This document shows, one piece after another, positions 11,908 to 25,574 of a stretch of DNA of 64,000 bases. The position numbers and the translations under genes were made by a program. Position 1 is the stretch's first letter; each line of letters starts with the position of its first letter. The DNA is taken from NCBI GenBank assembly GCA_964106915.2, contig OZ066917.1; one strand, given 5' to 3'. Source of the DNA: Podarcis gaigeae. Taxonomy: Eukaryota. Below the pieces are notes generated by a model. The model saw nothing but the letters and a program-made list of their open reading frames with translations. It was not told the DNA's origin and searched no databases.

Positions 11908-12900
11908 TAAGAATGCTGATACGGCGAGGATAGAAAATATAAATTTGGCAGCAATGACCACTTCTTGAGGCAGGCCTGGCAGATGCTAGAGCATTCAAAC
12001 AACATTCCAGTATCAGGACCACAATGTACACTTTTAATTAAGTAAGTAGTTAAAATTAGATGCATTATCAATCAGTTATCAACACTACATTACCAAAGAA
12101 AAGAATAAAAAGTAAGCAGAAAAAACCAGAGTTGACTGTATAAATATTATGTTGTAGAGAATATTATACTAAATGCTATTTAAACACTTTTTCTTGAATA
12201 AGTCGCACTGATACTTTTATTTCAGTATTTAATTATATTGCTTCTGGGACAGTGTACCCTGCATTTATATATTTTTGTTTGTTATGCCAATAAAGAATAA
12301 ACTTATGCCAAGGTTTTTTTTTAAGTCTTTGTGGTATGACTAGCATTCTTTCCTAGAACCACAATGTTCAAACAAATATCCACATATTAGTGGGATGTCT
12401 AAGGAGCGGGTGGAAATACTAAGAATAAAGAGTTTTAGTACTTTCTCTAGCTATCTCTGTACAGTAAGCACATGACAGGTTTCACCTTCATTTCAAAGCA
12501 CTTCTCCAAATAAATGTAAACATGCTTGCCTGGTTGTTCTTTGCCAACGTATCGCCAATTTTCTTTTCATTTACAATTGATATGCAGAGCACAAAAAAAA
12601 GGAAAACTCTTCTTCCAAAAGGCAAGGAGGAAGACATGGCCTCCTTTGAAACTTTCATGGGGCTATTGACACATTTGCCTGAGTATTTGAGAGCTTGACC
12701 TTGAACCACGATTGTTATAAATCAAATCTCCCTCATGTGGCTATTATTAGGAAATGAATGTAGAGGCTTATGAATTTGAATTTAATTTGTGTTTGAATGA
12801 GGATGTGGAAGTCCTTATGGGTGGTGTTTTTTTGTGTGCAGGTTGGTCAGCATACTTTAAAAAACATCCAGAAGTTAATAAGATTTTCGCTTCCACTTAC

Positions 12901-13041
12901 AGGGTGAATGCAACTGACAGAGCAAGTTCCTTGTAAGGCATCGCACGACTCCTTTGAAAACTCTTATTGCTCTCTGTGGACTGATTCTCAGGAACACAGA
13001 TCTTTTTGTCAGCCAAGGGAACTCCCCCTTCTCGCCTGCAC
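12901..13041 (-). other. Candidate internal exon (141 nt) of an unidentified minus-strand transcript
   Basis: Long pyrimidine tract TTTTCTCTGTGCTTTGCCTCTCTCTCTATCACAG|G and consensus donor CCT|GTAAGT; length is a multiple of 3; two frames are open; no protein recognised. Confidence 0.4.
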
Positions 13042-13724
13042 CTGTGATAGAGAGAGAGGCAAAGCACAGAGAAAATGTATGGACTGCAGAGTTGAAAACT
13101 GGTATATTTCAATAACACAATAACAGGATAGGGTTTTTTATTATTTGTTTCATGACAACAGCATAGAGCATTAATATCTAGGGACTGTCCCAGTGTAGCT
13201 GAAACATCTGGTTACTTTTTAGCATCTGGATCATTTTTCCTTTCCTTTCTTTCTTTGGCTTCGTGCTGGTGTAGGTTAAGCAAGTGATGGCAGTGAAAAC
13301 TGATGGACTCTCTTCCGTTGGTTTGGAAACCCGCCAAGATGACATTCTATAAGTTGCTCTGTATTGACCCTGAAGTGATTGTAATCTGGATCAAAAAGAG
13401 ATCACACTCTCCAGGGAATAGGTGTTTGTGTACATAGATACTCGTTTTAATCTGAGGTCTTCTTACTGTAGGCTGACTGTTCAGCTGTGGTGTATAGACT
13501 AAATCCTCAAACTGTGATTGAAATCCTTTAGAACTGTTGGTCTCTAACCAGAAATGAAGCACTTGTGGGTTTTTTGATATATATTTTTGGCTGCTTCCAG
13601 TGATGAGAAATTCTTGTATGACATGAACGAAGAACAAATGTTCTCAAGACAATCTGTACAACCAAACTTGTATTTTGCGGATATGAACTGCATGGATTGA
13701 TGCACCATTAATTAAAGCACTTAA

Positions 13725-13728
<4 letters not shown>

Positions 13729-13776
<48 letters not shown>
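13729..13776. repeat. (CT)n microsatellite
   Basis: Direct reading. Confidence 0.95.
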
Positions 13777-13779
<3 letters not shown>

Positions 13780-14074
13780 GCTGCCATTGTCTGCTTCATT
13801 CACTAAAGCCAGCAAAGATCCACTAACACAGCACAACAATTGTTTTACATTATTGGCCTGTAGACTCTGATTACTTTCCTACTCCTGCTTAAATACCATG
13901 GTCATTAGGCAGATACTTAACTGTGGAAACCTACAACTACTTCTGAAACTTTTCTATCATAAGAGAGAAGCCAAAAGGTTTGGGGTATTAGCCAAGAAAT
14001 GTGACTTTACTGCTCCTGAAAAATAAAACAAATATTTATTTATGTGTACAAATGTGCAAGCATTAAAAAAAAAA

Positions 14075-14300
14075 TCAACGCTATCAATGGCTACTTGCCA
14101 CAATAGCTATATTGTCCCTCTAGGGCCAGAGGCATTATGTCCCTGAATGGTAGTTGCTAGGAATCCAAAGTTGGATGAACACAATCACTTGCAAGTTGAG
14201 CTTGTGGGCTTCCCATAAGGGCATATGGTTGGCAACTGAGAGAATCAGATGCTGAACTAGATGAGCCTTTCATCTGATCTAACAGGGCTCTCCTACTATG
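14075..14300 (+). mobile_element. Decayed CR1-type 3' end
   Basis: CTATCAATGGCTAC...GATGCTGAACTAGATGAGCC...CTGATCTAACAGGGCTCT resembles 27800-28000. Confidence 0.55.
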
Positions 14301-17300
14301 TTCATATAATAGAAAAGTAAATCAAAGCAGTGAACAAGAAATATAAATGCATAAAAACATGACAGTGAAATTACACAGAACAATAAAACAGTAAAGCTAA
14401 CCAACAACTGGCTGAGTTACATATCAGAGAAAGTCCACCTGAACAGAAAATTTACAATACCTATAAGGAGGGAATATATATAATCTATGTAAACATGTAG
14501 CGAGTATTTCATAAAATGTTAAAGGGAACATATTTACTGGCTCTGGTTCAACCTGATAAGAACTGTCATGTCACATCACTTCTGTAGATCACAGTCTCTA
14601 ACATTCTTTTAGATGAGCTGGCCGGAAGTTGGAGGAACTCATGAGAAAACTACTCACTCTACTTTGGGGATATTTTTACTACTATTCTGAGACACAGCAA
14701 TACAGGAAGTTCTAAATTATCAATATTTACTCCAATATTATTTGTTATCCTTAAAAGCTATGTGCCAGAAAATCCCATTCCAGCAATTGTAGGGGGGGGG
14801 GGGGAATCACCACACACACACACTCACACACAGACTTCTGATCTTTTTTTGTAGTGATAGCCTGCTAGTTTTGTTTCGTTTTTGCCCACAATACACCAGA
14901 ACATCCAGGCCAATGTATTTAGGGGAAATTGAATTGGTGGTTGCAACAGCAGCCAATGAGAGGAACAGACATTCATTCTGTTTACTGTCCACATAGGAGG
15001 GACGCTTGGGTGGCATTCAGCTGAGAGCTCCTCAAATCCTGGAACCACTCCTGGTTTGTTTGAGTGGTGAGAGCTCTCCAGAGCCTCAAAGGGGCATTTC
15101 CTGTCAACTGTCTTACCCTATGTTCTTTTTTCAAAACAAAAACCAGTAGGTGGGATCAACATGCAGCCTTCTGCAGGCATTGCATATGCTCTGCTTCTGA
15201 GAGCCATGGCTTGATACTCCTATTCTCTCCACCCTGCTTGACCTGGATGAATATTAGGGTAAGCTTATGCAGACTGTCAATTCAAATCCTGCTTCACAAC
15301 CTCTTAATATCATACTTGACTTTTGCTTCCTCGATAGCCATTCCTCTGTGTTCAATCATATTTTATGCTGGTTTCATAAAAAGCTCTGTATTATTTTTTT
15401 AAATCCCTCTGAGGAAATGTAAATCTTTTGAATTCCTGCTCCACTATGATCTTTTTGAAAGAAGGAGGGGAGTGAAAGGCAGCTGCCATGTATTTCACTT
15501 CCTGCAGTAAATTTGTTTAAAATATGACTCTTCTAAAGTACCTTTATATGTGGTTAGGAGTATCGTATTTTACGGCTTTACCTTCTTCAAACGTTCCAGA
15601 CATGGATTCTCAGAGCACATAATTTGGCACAATCCACTGAGGGACACTACAAATCAGGAAGCAAAGACCTCAAGGAAATGGTTGATAGTAACAAGACTGT
15701 GGGGGGATATGAGCATGAGAAAGATGCTTAGGAAGGATCTCTATATTGATGCAACACTGATGGACTCATTTTAGTCACACCCTTTCTGCCGTAAGGTATC
15801 CACAATCTCCATTCGTCATTAAGAAAACGATTAAATTTTCAAATCCATTTTTCAACACACAGATACATTTACAAATAAATTGGTGAAGCTAACACTAATT
15901 GGATTTAGTTGATTTACATACTAATGGCTTCAGTACAACTTAGTCATCTAGTGGATGACTGTGGATACAAATATCTTTTGGAGCTATGCTACCTTTGATA
16001 ACAGAATATTGTGGGTACAATATTGCAGGTTTAAAAAGGGGATCCTTTTTAATCTGTTGATAGACCTGTGATGGTGCTGGGCAGGACTGGCAGAAGATGA
16101 GCAGTAATTCTCACTTTCCAAATCAATCTGAGGACCAAAACGCAGCCATTATTTTGAAATCACACTCCTCTGAATTTTGCAGTTCAGTTCTCCAACCAAG
16201 TAAAGTGTACAAAAATGCATAAACTGGATTAAAAAGTGCTTAAAATGCCTTAATTAGTGAAAATAACATTCCAAAATAAATTACATGATGCAGAATTGCT
16301 TTGCACAAATGCGTATACATTAGGATAAATTCATATTAAAATACTAGCGAATATTCACATGTACTTTTAAAAAATGCAAACTGATGTTGGAGTGTTAAAG
16401 AATGGAGCTTAAGACTGCGAGAATGAGAGATCCTTAGGGAGCAAAAACAGCAATGAGTGGGGTCATCCCCTCTCTTTCTGTTGTTTCCTTGGACTCAGAT
16501 TGGTAAAGAAAAAGCTTCTTATATGCGTCATATATGCATTAAAACACTGCGACACCAGATGGCGATGTGGAGTTCCATTTTTGCCAACGCGATTTCTCAT
16601 ACAAAGTTTACAACGTGTTTTCTTGAAATGTGTCTAGATCCAGCCCTTGTTTCTCTTTCTACCAGCCATTATCTCTGCCTCTCCGTGGGCTCCCAGTGGA
16701 TGTCCAGATCACTCTTCCCAAAGGTCTGAACTGATTGCTTATGCTCACCCCTTCTTCCATCACATCATTCATTTTTTTGTTTTTAGCTTGTCCCCCTTCC
16801 ACTCTCCTTTTCTCCTGCACAGGCTCCAGGATCCCTGCTCCCATCTAAAGCATTGGAGTCTCTCCTGCACATCACCTGTCCAGCTTTCTTTGTTTTGTGT
16901 GCAACTTAGCAGTGACTGGAAATTATGGCCCTCCATAGCCAGAGTTCCGTAACTATTATTCCTTACTAAAGCACGGAAAGCTAGTTTCCTTGCAAGCTCA
17001 ACCTACTTCTTTGGCCTTCTTTTTAATGATGTTCTCTTTATCCATCATTTCCTGATGAGTGGTGATGGAATGCAACATCTGAGGCTACGTACAGCTAAAT
17101 AATACACCTGATGGGTGTACTGGCCAGCTGCATATCCAACTCTATAGACTTCCAACTCCTTTCAACTCTATGATTCTATGGCTGACACTGCCCATGAATT
17201 TATGCAACACAATTACCAACTACAGCATACCTGAGAATTGGAAATGTAGAACCAAACAGACTTTCTAATCAAGAGTAAGGCAACATCTCTCTCCCTCCCA

Positions 17301-19369
17301 CACACTCTCTCTCTCACATACATACACTACTGAAAAAACATATGGGAAACAGCTTGTAGGTGAGATCTGCATGCAGATTTAAAGGTGACTCTAATACATG
17401 CAGGTGAGAAGAGACTGTATCTTGAAAAAGCTTTGCAGAATAATGTGAGATGGTTGGGAATCATATTTCCAGAGGGAATCCTTTTTTCATTCCCCAAAAC
17501 ATTATGTTGGCCAAAACAGCACAGAGAAGTCATGGGGTTGGAATTTCCCATTTTAAAAAGTTGAAATCTGCTGCTCTGGATGCACAAATAAGCTACAGCT
17601 TCTCCGACAGTGGGTGGCTGGGAAAGATCTCGCAGCTTTAGTTCAGGTGAACTAGCCATACTTTAACTTATGGGCACATTTTTCTACAGTAGTTCCTCTT
17701 TTAAATTGACATTAGTGTGCATCTTATTAAAATTGTTGGAGGGGTTATGTCTGTTGGATGCATTGTGAGTTAAATGGTCTATTCAAATGTACTTGCTTTT
17801 TTATTTTTACAGGTGAATGCTTCTCTGAGCATCATATATTCTTAAACCCCATTTTATTAGTTAGCAAGCCATTTGCTGATTGATTGCCTCCCTCTATATG
17901 CAATTGATGGAAAACACACAGTTTTGCCAGGAAAAGTTCCAAATTGCCACTCCTTCCACTTGAAAGCAGTTCTTCGTGGGTTTCCATTTTAAACAAGGGC
18001 TTAATTATTATTCTGGCATTGTCAGTGTAATGCAAGCCTGATGGAAGAATCTGTGGAAAGCAGGCTACAGCTAGATGTTCGTTATAGCAGATGTTTTAGA
18101 AGGGAGCAATTGATGTCTCTAATCTGTTTATGACCTAGAGGAGTAATGCTGAGCTTAATTAGATTGTCATTCCCTACATACTTAGCACTTTCAGAGTGCA
18201 AAGTCCTTCACAACTTTTATATTTTATGTTCTGACTTACTCACAACTATGAGGTGTGTCTACCATTTCTACCAAGTTTATTCCCATTGCCATTTTACAGA
18301 CACGTGGCAGCAATTGGTTTCGACGTTGCTTTAGTGAGTGTTGCAGACTCAAAAATCATCTGCACCTCAGCAAAACCATTACCATAGAAAGTGTGCAGTA
18401 AAGACATAAACATGCACTTAAGTGTCTAGTTAGAATCAACAACTGAAACTACTTACATTTGGGTTTGATTGTGCCCTGATATTCAGGGAAACTAGAAGCA
18501 CAACTCTGCTGCCTCCTGCTATGCTTATCCAAACACCCACTATCAGATTTCCCCACCTCACCACAATGTCAGATGTGCAGTCTGTTCCTGCATAGGCCTG
18601 AGCATCAGCAGGGGCAGATGAGGGGTGGCTGTGGAATGGCAACATGTATGTTCACCAGGCTGGAGCAGCAGAGCTGCCACTTGGTGGGATGCGTTGGGAC
18701 AAGGCAGTGGTTTGCAGCATGAGCATCCCACAGCTCTGCACATTTGCAGAAAACTGGCATCACCAACCCAAAGTTCCCCCAACCTTAAGATTGCTTCGCC
18801 TCATCTTATCCCCATCCCAGTGAAAGGAAGTGCTGTTTCCCCTGACCTCCAAATGACAAACAGGATATGTGTGATTCCTGTGGCTTTTTATTCTGTATTT
18901 CTCCCTTTCAAGAGCTTTAAAACTGCTCAAACAGTTAGGGACTTGCTCTGGTTCCAAATTTAATGTGTTGCCCACTAGTTTTGCAAAGATGGCTATTATC
19001 AATTTCACTCATTTGATGCTGCAGATGAGATTGTGTAAATCACATGCCAGTCTTGGATGGAAGAGGAAGACAGTCTTATCTCTTCCGCTGCAGGTACCAT
19101 TACACTGTACTTTCACTTTTATTTCTTTCTGTTTGTTCTCTCGGAGCTGGAAAGACCAGACACCATTATGCTTTTGTCTGTACATAGTGTGTAAATAAAT
19201 AGTAGATTAGCTCCACAGTGTCTCACTCTTCTTGCTGTGTTTTGCCAGAAAATTAGTGTGCATACACCAGTTGGAAGTGCACTGGAAGAGAAGGGAGATG
19301 CCTTTTCCAGAGCTGCATGTACCGGAGGGCGCTCAGAGATTTGGGGGCTTGCAGGCACCCACAGGGCGT

Positions 19370-19608
19370 TTTTGTTGTTCGGTCGTGTCCGTCTCTTTGT
19401 GGCCCCATGGACCAGAGCATGCCAGGCACTCCTGTCTTCCACTGCCTTCCACAGTTTGGTCAAACTCATATTAGTAGCTCCAAGAACACTGTTCAACCAT
19501 CTCATCCTCTGTTGTCCCCTTCTCCTCGTGCCTCAATCTTTCCCAACATCAGGGCCTTTTCCAGGGAGTCTTCTCTTCTCATGAGGTGGCCAATGCATTG
19601 GAGCCTCA
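19370..19608 (-). mobile_element. RTE/BovB LINE 3' fragment
   Basis: Minus-strand translation RWLNSVLGATNMSLTKLWKAVEDRSAWHALVHGATKRRTR followed by a (CAA)n-type tail, typical of the BovB/RTE ORF C-terminus. Confidence 0.85.
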
Positions 19609-22546
19609 TAGCCTAAATCCCAACGACGTGTAATTTCACTACAAATCTATGCCTTTTACTATGTCATGGATGTACTCTCTGCATTTAGTGGGAGAATATC
19701 TACAAAGTCAACTCATACTTTCTCCAGTCCGCTCTGACTTAACTGAATGTAGAATATCTATACAAATTTAAAAAAACACAACACAAAGCCTATACCAAAT
19801 AGCCAAAGTGAATGGGATTGGCCCTGGCATTTTGAGTGTGTGCTGAACTTCTCCATTTTATTTGAGCACATGAATACACATGTTTAACTTCTACATTTGG
19901 ATAAAGGGATTAGGCAGTGAGTAATGTCTGACAACCACTGTGCGTGGTTTATTTGCTTTAAAACATCTGTTGGATCTGCTGAAGATCAAAATCAATTAAA
20001 AAAATAAAATTAAAAAACAGCATGCTCCAGCAATGCACAATACTAGAAAGCACTTTGCTTAAAGACAAATCTTCCTAAATTTGGGTGGTGGTGGAGGGGC
20101 AGAGGGTGGAATAGAGGAACTAAAGGAAGGCCATAAATTACTCTAAACAGCCCATGCTGTTTGGATGTCTGAAGTGGCAGGATTCCAGTCACTTATAACT
20201 ATTTGCATCACTGATGCCAAGAGAAAAACACAAACGTGAAAAGAAGACAAACAAGGGGAAGAGAACAAGGGGCTAAATCAATACACAGCTGAACTAGTCT
20301 GAAAGGGATTAAAAAGGGAGAGGGAGAGGGAGACGGACACCAGAAAACACAGGAGACTTGAGAGATGTAGGTGGGAGAGGGAAAGGAAGGAACTCTGAGG
20401 AGGAGTAATTGGAAAGTGCTGCTGTGGATGAAGCTCTTGTCTCCAAAAGGCTTTGCCTTAACTTTAAACAAACGTTACATATGCAAAGAATTTGGGTGGC
20501 CCTGGATTTTCCCTTCTCATTTTCTCCTTGAAAGGTGATATGCAGAGCCTGGGTATTTTGAGGGTCTTCACGGGAAATGACTCTGCATAACAGATGGAGA
20601 GGAGCCCCCCCCCTTAAAGGAATCACACTTCTTTCATGATTAGCCGTGTCTCAGCTAGTCTTTGTATGCAAGGGGGATGCGATTCTTTGAACAGTGTTTT
20701 GCATGGCCCCCTCATGGAAAACCCTTACGGGCATTTGGGACTGAAAACATGCGCTTCTTCTCAACTGGCATCCTGCTTTTGACTGGTTTTTATCATTGTG
20801 TTTTGGACATCCCATAACATATTGAAATGCTTTCTGATGACCATTCTCTGATTACATTTTATGCATTATCTTCACAAGCATGATTAAAGTGGACCAGGAA
20901 ATGGAGTAAATATATAGGCTGGGATCAGTGAAGCTACTTTAGGTGTCTAAGGGCTTGGACACATCCAGTGGTATTTTTGAGGATCCCCCTCCACCTTTAA
21001 ATACTTAAAGTTAATATGATTATACCTGCATTCTCGTTGATTGCTTGTAGGGCCTTTAATACAAAGATGACTAGTACCCTGCAAAAGCATATTCTGTGTT
21101 GCACTTTTTCTTACAGTGCCTATGGAACAGTCCTGATTTTTGGGTACCTGTCATTAGTAGTAAATGACTGATCCTATTTTGTTGCTCCTCCTTTTTATAT
21201 ATGGGAGAAATGTTGGATACATTATTAGAATGTTACTGTTGAGTGCACACATAGGTGAACTGGAGTTATTCAGGTGTCATATACTGTAGTTTGAATTTTC
21301 TCTGAAGAGCTCAGATATCTTCCTAAGGAAACTAGGAACTATCCCAAGCCTGGGAGAAAAGCTTCCTATTCCCACCAGATTTCTGCCACCATCAAATTCC
21401 CCTTTGCACCCATGCAACATTTGGAAAGGGAAAACGATTGCATCTTCTCTTTTCTCAAGTTGTCAGGCCTTCCACCATCAATGCCATAAGTGTCCATTGC
21501 TAGAGTGAAGCCTGCAAACAAGAGCTTTAAGTATCTTTGGAGTCAAAACTGAGCAAGAAACAATTGTCAGTGGCAGTTCCCAGGATCCCAAGAAGCAATG
21601 AATGCCTTAAGATTGAGACTTCTAATAGTGTGGATTTTCCTCAGTGGCATCTTTGACCCATTGGAAGCATACATTTGGGAAAGGAAAGCTGAATGCCTTG
21701 TCTGAACTTCTACGGAGGTGCAGAGATGTAAATCCATTCCAAATTCAGTATTCTGAATCTGAATCCCCTCCTGCCCTTACAAGATTCAGAACCATTGCTA
21801 GTTTATTCATCCTTCTGGATTTCTCCAAGTTAAATCTTTCACTGTTGGGCGGATATAACTTGGTTGCAATGTACATGACAAATGAATGCATGCACACATT
21901 ATATCAGCATACTGCTTCCCCTTTTAACAGCATGTGCATATGCAAGTGTTGTTAAATGAGTCTGAATTAACAGCTATTCTGTGATATGTACCAACGTTTC
22001 CACTGTGGTTTGAACCATGGCTAGAAGTTTAAGGGAATGGACAACTTACTGCTTCAGAGAAAGACATTACAGAGTTAATGGATGCAAAGAGTAGCAGATG
22101 GAAAAGAGCCTCTAGCAATGTATAATGGGTGGCACTCAAGCATTGATCCCTGGCATGAAGATAGAGCCGTTCCAAAAGTGTCTCTATTTTTGTCTGTGCA
22201 GCGTTAGAGGGTAGGCATTTTCATGGTGCTATGACCCCAGAAAGCCATTCATCTACCACATCCTGACAAGTGATGAGGAGAGTTTTATCAATTCTTTGAA
22301 GCTTGCCATGTCTATTGGCAAAAGCAAGAATGCTATCCAGACTTTCAACAGACCACACTGTATTGAAGAGCCGTAGAACATTATGCGTTGAAAATATTCA
22401 GAAGGTACAGACTGTTTTACAATTACTAACAAGAAGTTTTTGAGACTATGTCTTTTTTCTTTTAAGTCACTGGATGCTCAATTCCTCCATCAGCAAAACT
22501 AATACATGTACACATGCACAAAGACTAAAAACAGAAGAAATGGTTA

Positions 22547-22788
22547 CAGTGGTACCTCGGGTTACATACGCTTCAGGTTACATACGCTTCAGGTTACAGA
22601 CTCTGCTAACCCAGAAATAGTGCTTCAGGTTAAGAACTTTGCTTCAGGATGAGAACAGAAATCGTGCTCCAGCGGTGTGGCAGCAGCAGGAGGCCCCATT
22701 AGCTAAAGTGGTGCTTCAGGTTAAGAACAGTTTCAGGTTAAGAACGGACCTCCGGAACGAATTAAGTACTTAACCCGAGGTACCACTG
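22547..22788 (+). mobile_element. Tc1/mariner-type MITE, 242 bp
   Basis: TIRs CAGTGGTACCTCGGGTTA/TAACCCGAGGTACCACTG; TA on both flanks; internal GCTTCAGGTTA repeats. Confidence 0.92.
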
Positions 22789-23196
22789 TACTCATTTGTC
22801 CCTTGGATACATTTCACACAAAAAACTGTTGCTTCCTCTACATATGACAGACCATATTTTAAAATATCATTATGCATATTCTGTCCAGGTATAATACTGG
22901 TGCATGCCACCCCAATCTCTGTAGCCTTTTTTCTAGCTTCTAGCTCATATGACTCAAAATCTCAACTCTGGCCTTTGTTTTTCCACTGATCAACAAATTG
23001 AGGGAGGAGAGTCCACCCATTTGCTATCTGGTACAGAGCCACTTCCTTTGTGACTTTAATGTCCCATTCTTAGAAGGCCATTATGTCACCAGGAAGCCAA
23101 TTTGGCTATTCCAGGAATTGAATCTGTGCTGGATCCAGGAATTAGAAAGGGGCTCAGGCATACAACCCACCCCAAACTTATAACAATATTGTTAGA

Positions 23197-23926
23197 CAAA
23201 AAGGTAAAAGTAAAGGTGGCGCTGTGGGTTAAAGCCTCAGCGCCTAGGACTTGCCGATCGAAAGGTCGGCAGTTCGAATCCCTGCGGCGGGGTGCGCTCC
23301 CGCTGCTCAGTCCCAGCGCCTGCCAACCTAGCAGTTCGAAAGCACCTCCGGGTGCAAGTAGATAAATAGGGACCGCTTACCAGCGGGAAGGTAAACGGCG
23401 TTTCCGTGTGCGGCTCTGGCTCGCCAGAGCAGCGATGTCATGCTGGCCACGTGACCCGGAAGTGTCTCCGGACAGCGCTGGCCCCTGGCCTCTTGAGTGA
23501 GATGGGCGCACAACCCCAGAGTCTGTCAAGACTGGCCCGTACGGGCAGGGGTACCTTTACCTTTACCTTAAAGGTAAAGGACCCCTGGATGGTTAAGTCC
23601 AGTCAAACTTGACTATGAGGTGTGGCGCTCATCTTGCTTCAGGCCTAGGGAGTCAGTGCTTGTCCACAGACAGCTTTCCGGGTCATGTAGCCAGCATAAC
23701 TAAATTGCTTCTGGTGCAATGGGACACTGTGACAAGTGCCAGAACGCACAGAAACGGCGCTTACCTTCCCACAGAAGTGGTACCTATTTATCTCATAATC
23801 ATCATTTATCTACTTGCACTGGTTGCTAGGTTGGCAGGAGCTGGGACCGAGCAATGGGAGCTCACCCCTTCTGATTGGCAGGCCTAAGAGACTCAGTGGT
23901 TTAGACCACAGTGCCACCCGCTCCCC
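23197..23926 (-). mobile_element. Sauria-type SINE (outer, older copy) whose tail is interrupted by a second SINE
   Basis: TSD AATATTGTTAGA on both sides (about 23185-23196 and 23927-23938); AAAGGTAAAGG tail; head ...GTGCCACCCGCTCCCC. Confidence 0.85.
23216..23569 (+). mobile_element. Sauria-type SINE (inner copy) inserted in the tail of the outer SINE
   Basis: GTGGCGCTGTGGGTTAAAGCC...GTTCGAATCCC (B box)...GGGGTACCTTTACCTTTACCTT; flanked by AAAG(G)TAAAG. Confidence 0.9.
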
Positions 23927-25574
23927 AATATTGTTAGAAACACACACAATAAACAATATATGCATGTTCTAAGTTGCACACATACATGGACACAAATATG
24001 TAATGCAAGTGACAGCTACATTAAAATGTTGCATTGTGGAGAGCAAATGGGTTGGATTCCTATACCCACTTCCCTGGGAGTAAGCACCTTGAACTCAGTG
24101 AGACTCACTTTTGAGGAGACATATAGATTGACCAGAAAACATTCCTGCTTTTATTTTTGCTTTGAGGTGACAATATTTTCCCGTTGATTAACTGGAATCT
24201 ATTGAAATGTTTCACATTCAACAGCCAGTAAAGAGCCAGCATAGCCCCAGCACAAATTCCCCATCATCTTGTACCTAACCACCCTATAGAGATGCTTCTC
24301 TAATGATAACAAGGTGGGTAACAAGTTCTGGCAGGTGACCAGATGGTGCACATCACTTCACTGCCCTTTTAGACTTGTTATATGAGTCTGTGGTTTAGGG
24401 TTGGAGAAAATAATGGAAAGTTAGGCAGCAATGCTGGTTTTCTTAATCCTATGCAATTCCTGAATATTTAATGTGTAATAAAACCAATGCTCATTTCCCG
24501 AGCCAGCTCTCATTTCTCAAAAACACCCTCTGGAAATTCTGAGAATTATATAAGAAAAAGGACCAGCCATTTATGAATAATTGGCCCACTATGCTTCAAA
24601 TGTATGGTGCAGATGTATCCATAAAGTCAAATGAGATGAAAGAGACTTAATAAAGAAAGACAACTAGGAATAATTCCAAGTGACGTCAATTTCCAATCAG
24701 AAGCCATCACACCTGGATCCGTATACAATCCAGAACACAGCTTCAAAATAATAAGAAATAAATAAGAAATTAAAAAACCACTTTCATTTAACACTCTACT
24801 TCTCAGTGTGTTCTGGAGAAACTAAAATTATATCTACCTATCCAATAATCCTCACTTGTTGTAATATCAGGCCATCAGTTTTCATTTTCCAATATTACAG
24901 TTCAGCTAATCCTTTTAGAAAGCTGTTCTGCTTTACTGTCAAGATGACCACATTTAATAATGGCAGGATTTTTACAAAAGGTTTCCTGGAGCTACAATAA
25001 CCTATTTTTCTTCTTTCTTCCTGGCTTATAGATATTTGTTTAGCTTAAGGATATTAAAAGTTGTGAAAGCCTGTGGAGCCTCCCACTCCATTCACTGCAT
25101 TACTTAGGGCACCATCCGGTTATTCTATTGAGCACACAGAGCCCAAAGTGCAGAGAAATGTCTAGGTACTAAGTGCACCACCATATAGCAGCTCAACCTG
25201 AGGAGCAACTTGAGGAGGAGTGTGTGGCCTTGTGGGTACACACAGACTGCCACCAGACAATGGAAGCCATAGAGCTTGGCCCTTGGAAAACTATAGAAGC
25301 GACCTTGATCCATTGGAAGTGCACAACCACATTCATGTGTGGTAGAGTCCAAGCACTCTTCCAGTGCCAAACAAGACATCCACGGCTGAAGCATCACGCC
25401 ATTCAGCAAAGCTCTCAACATTTCACAACAAGAATGACTATCCACCCCAAAAACTATGCACATGTGTGGGCAGTCCAGTTGGGAAACCTGTTTTCTAATA
25501 TTCCTTTAACACTGCAGTACCTTTTGTGTTATGGCTTTTTGACTGATACACCAGCATGTCACCAGTGTACATGG

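Noticed and set aside
22547-22788. Regularly spaced GCTTCAGGTTA repeats superficially like a CRISPR or iteron array
   Set aside because: They are internal repeats of a TIR-bounded MITE in a vertebrate genome, with no unique spacers or cas genes
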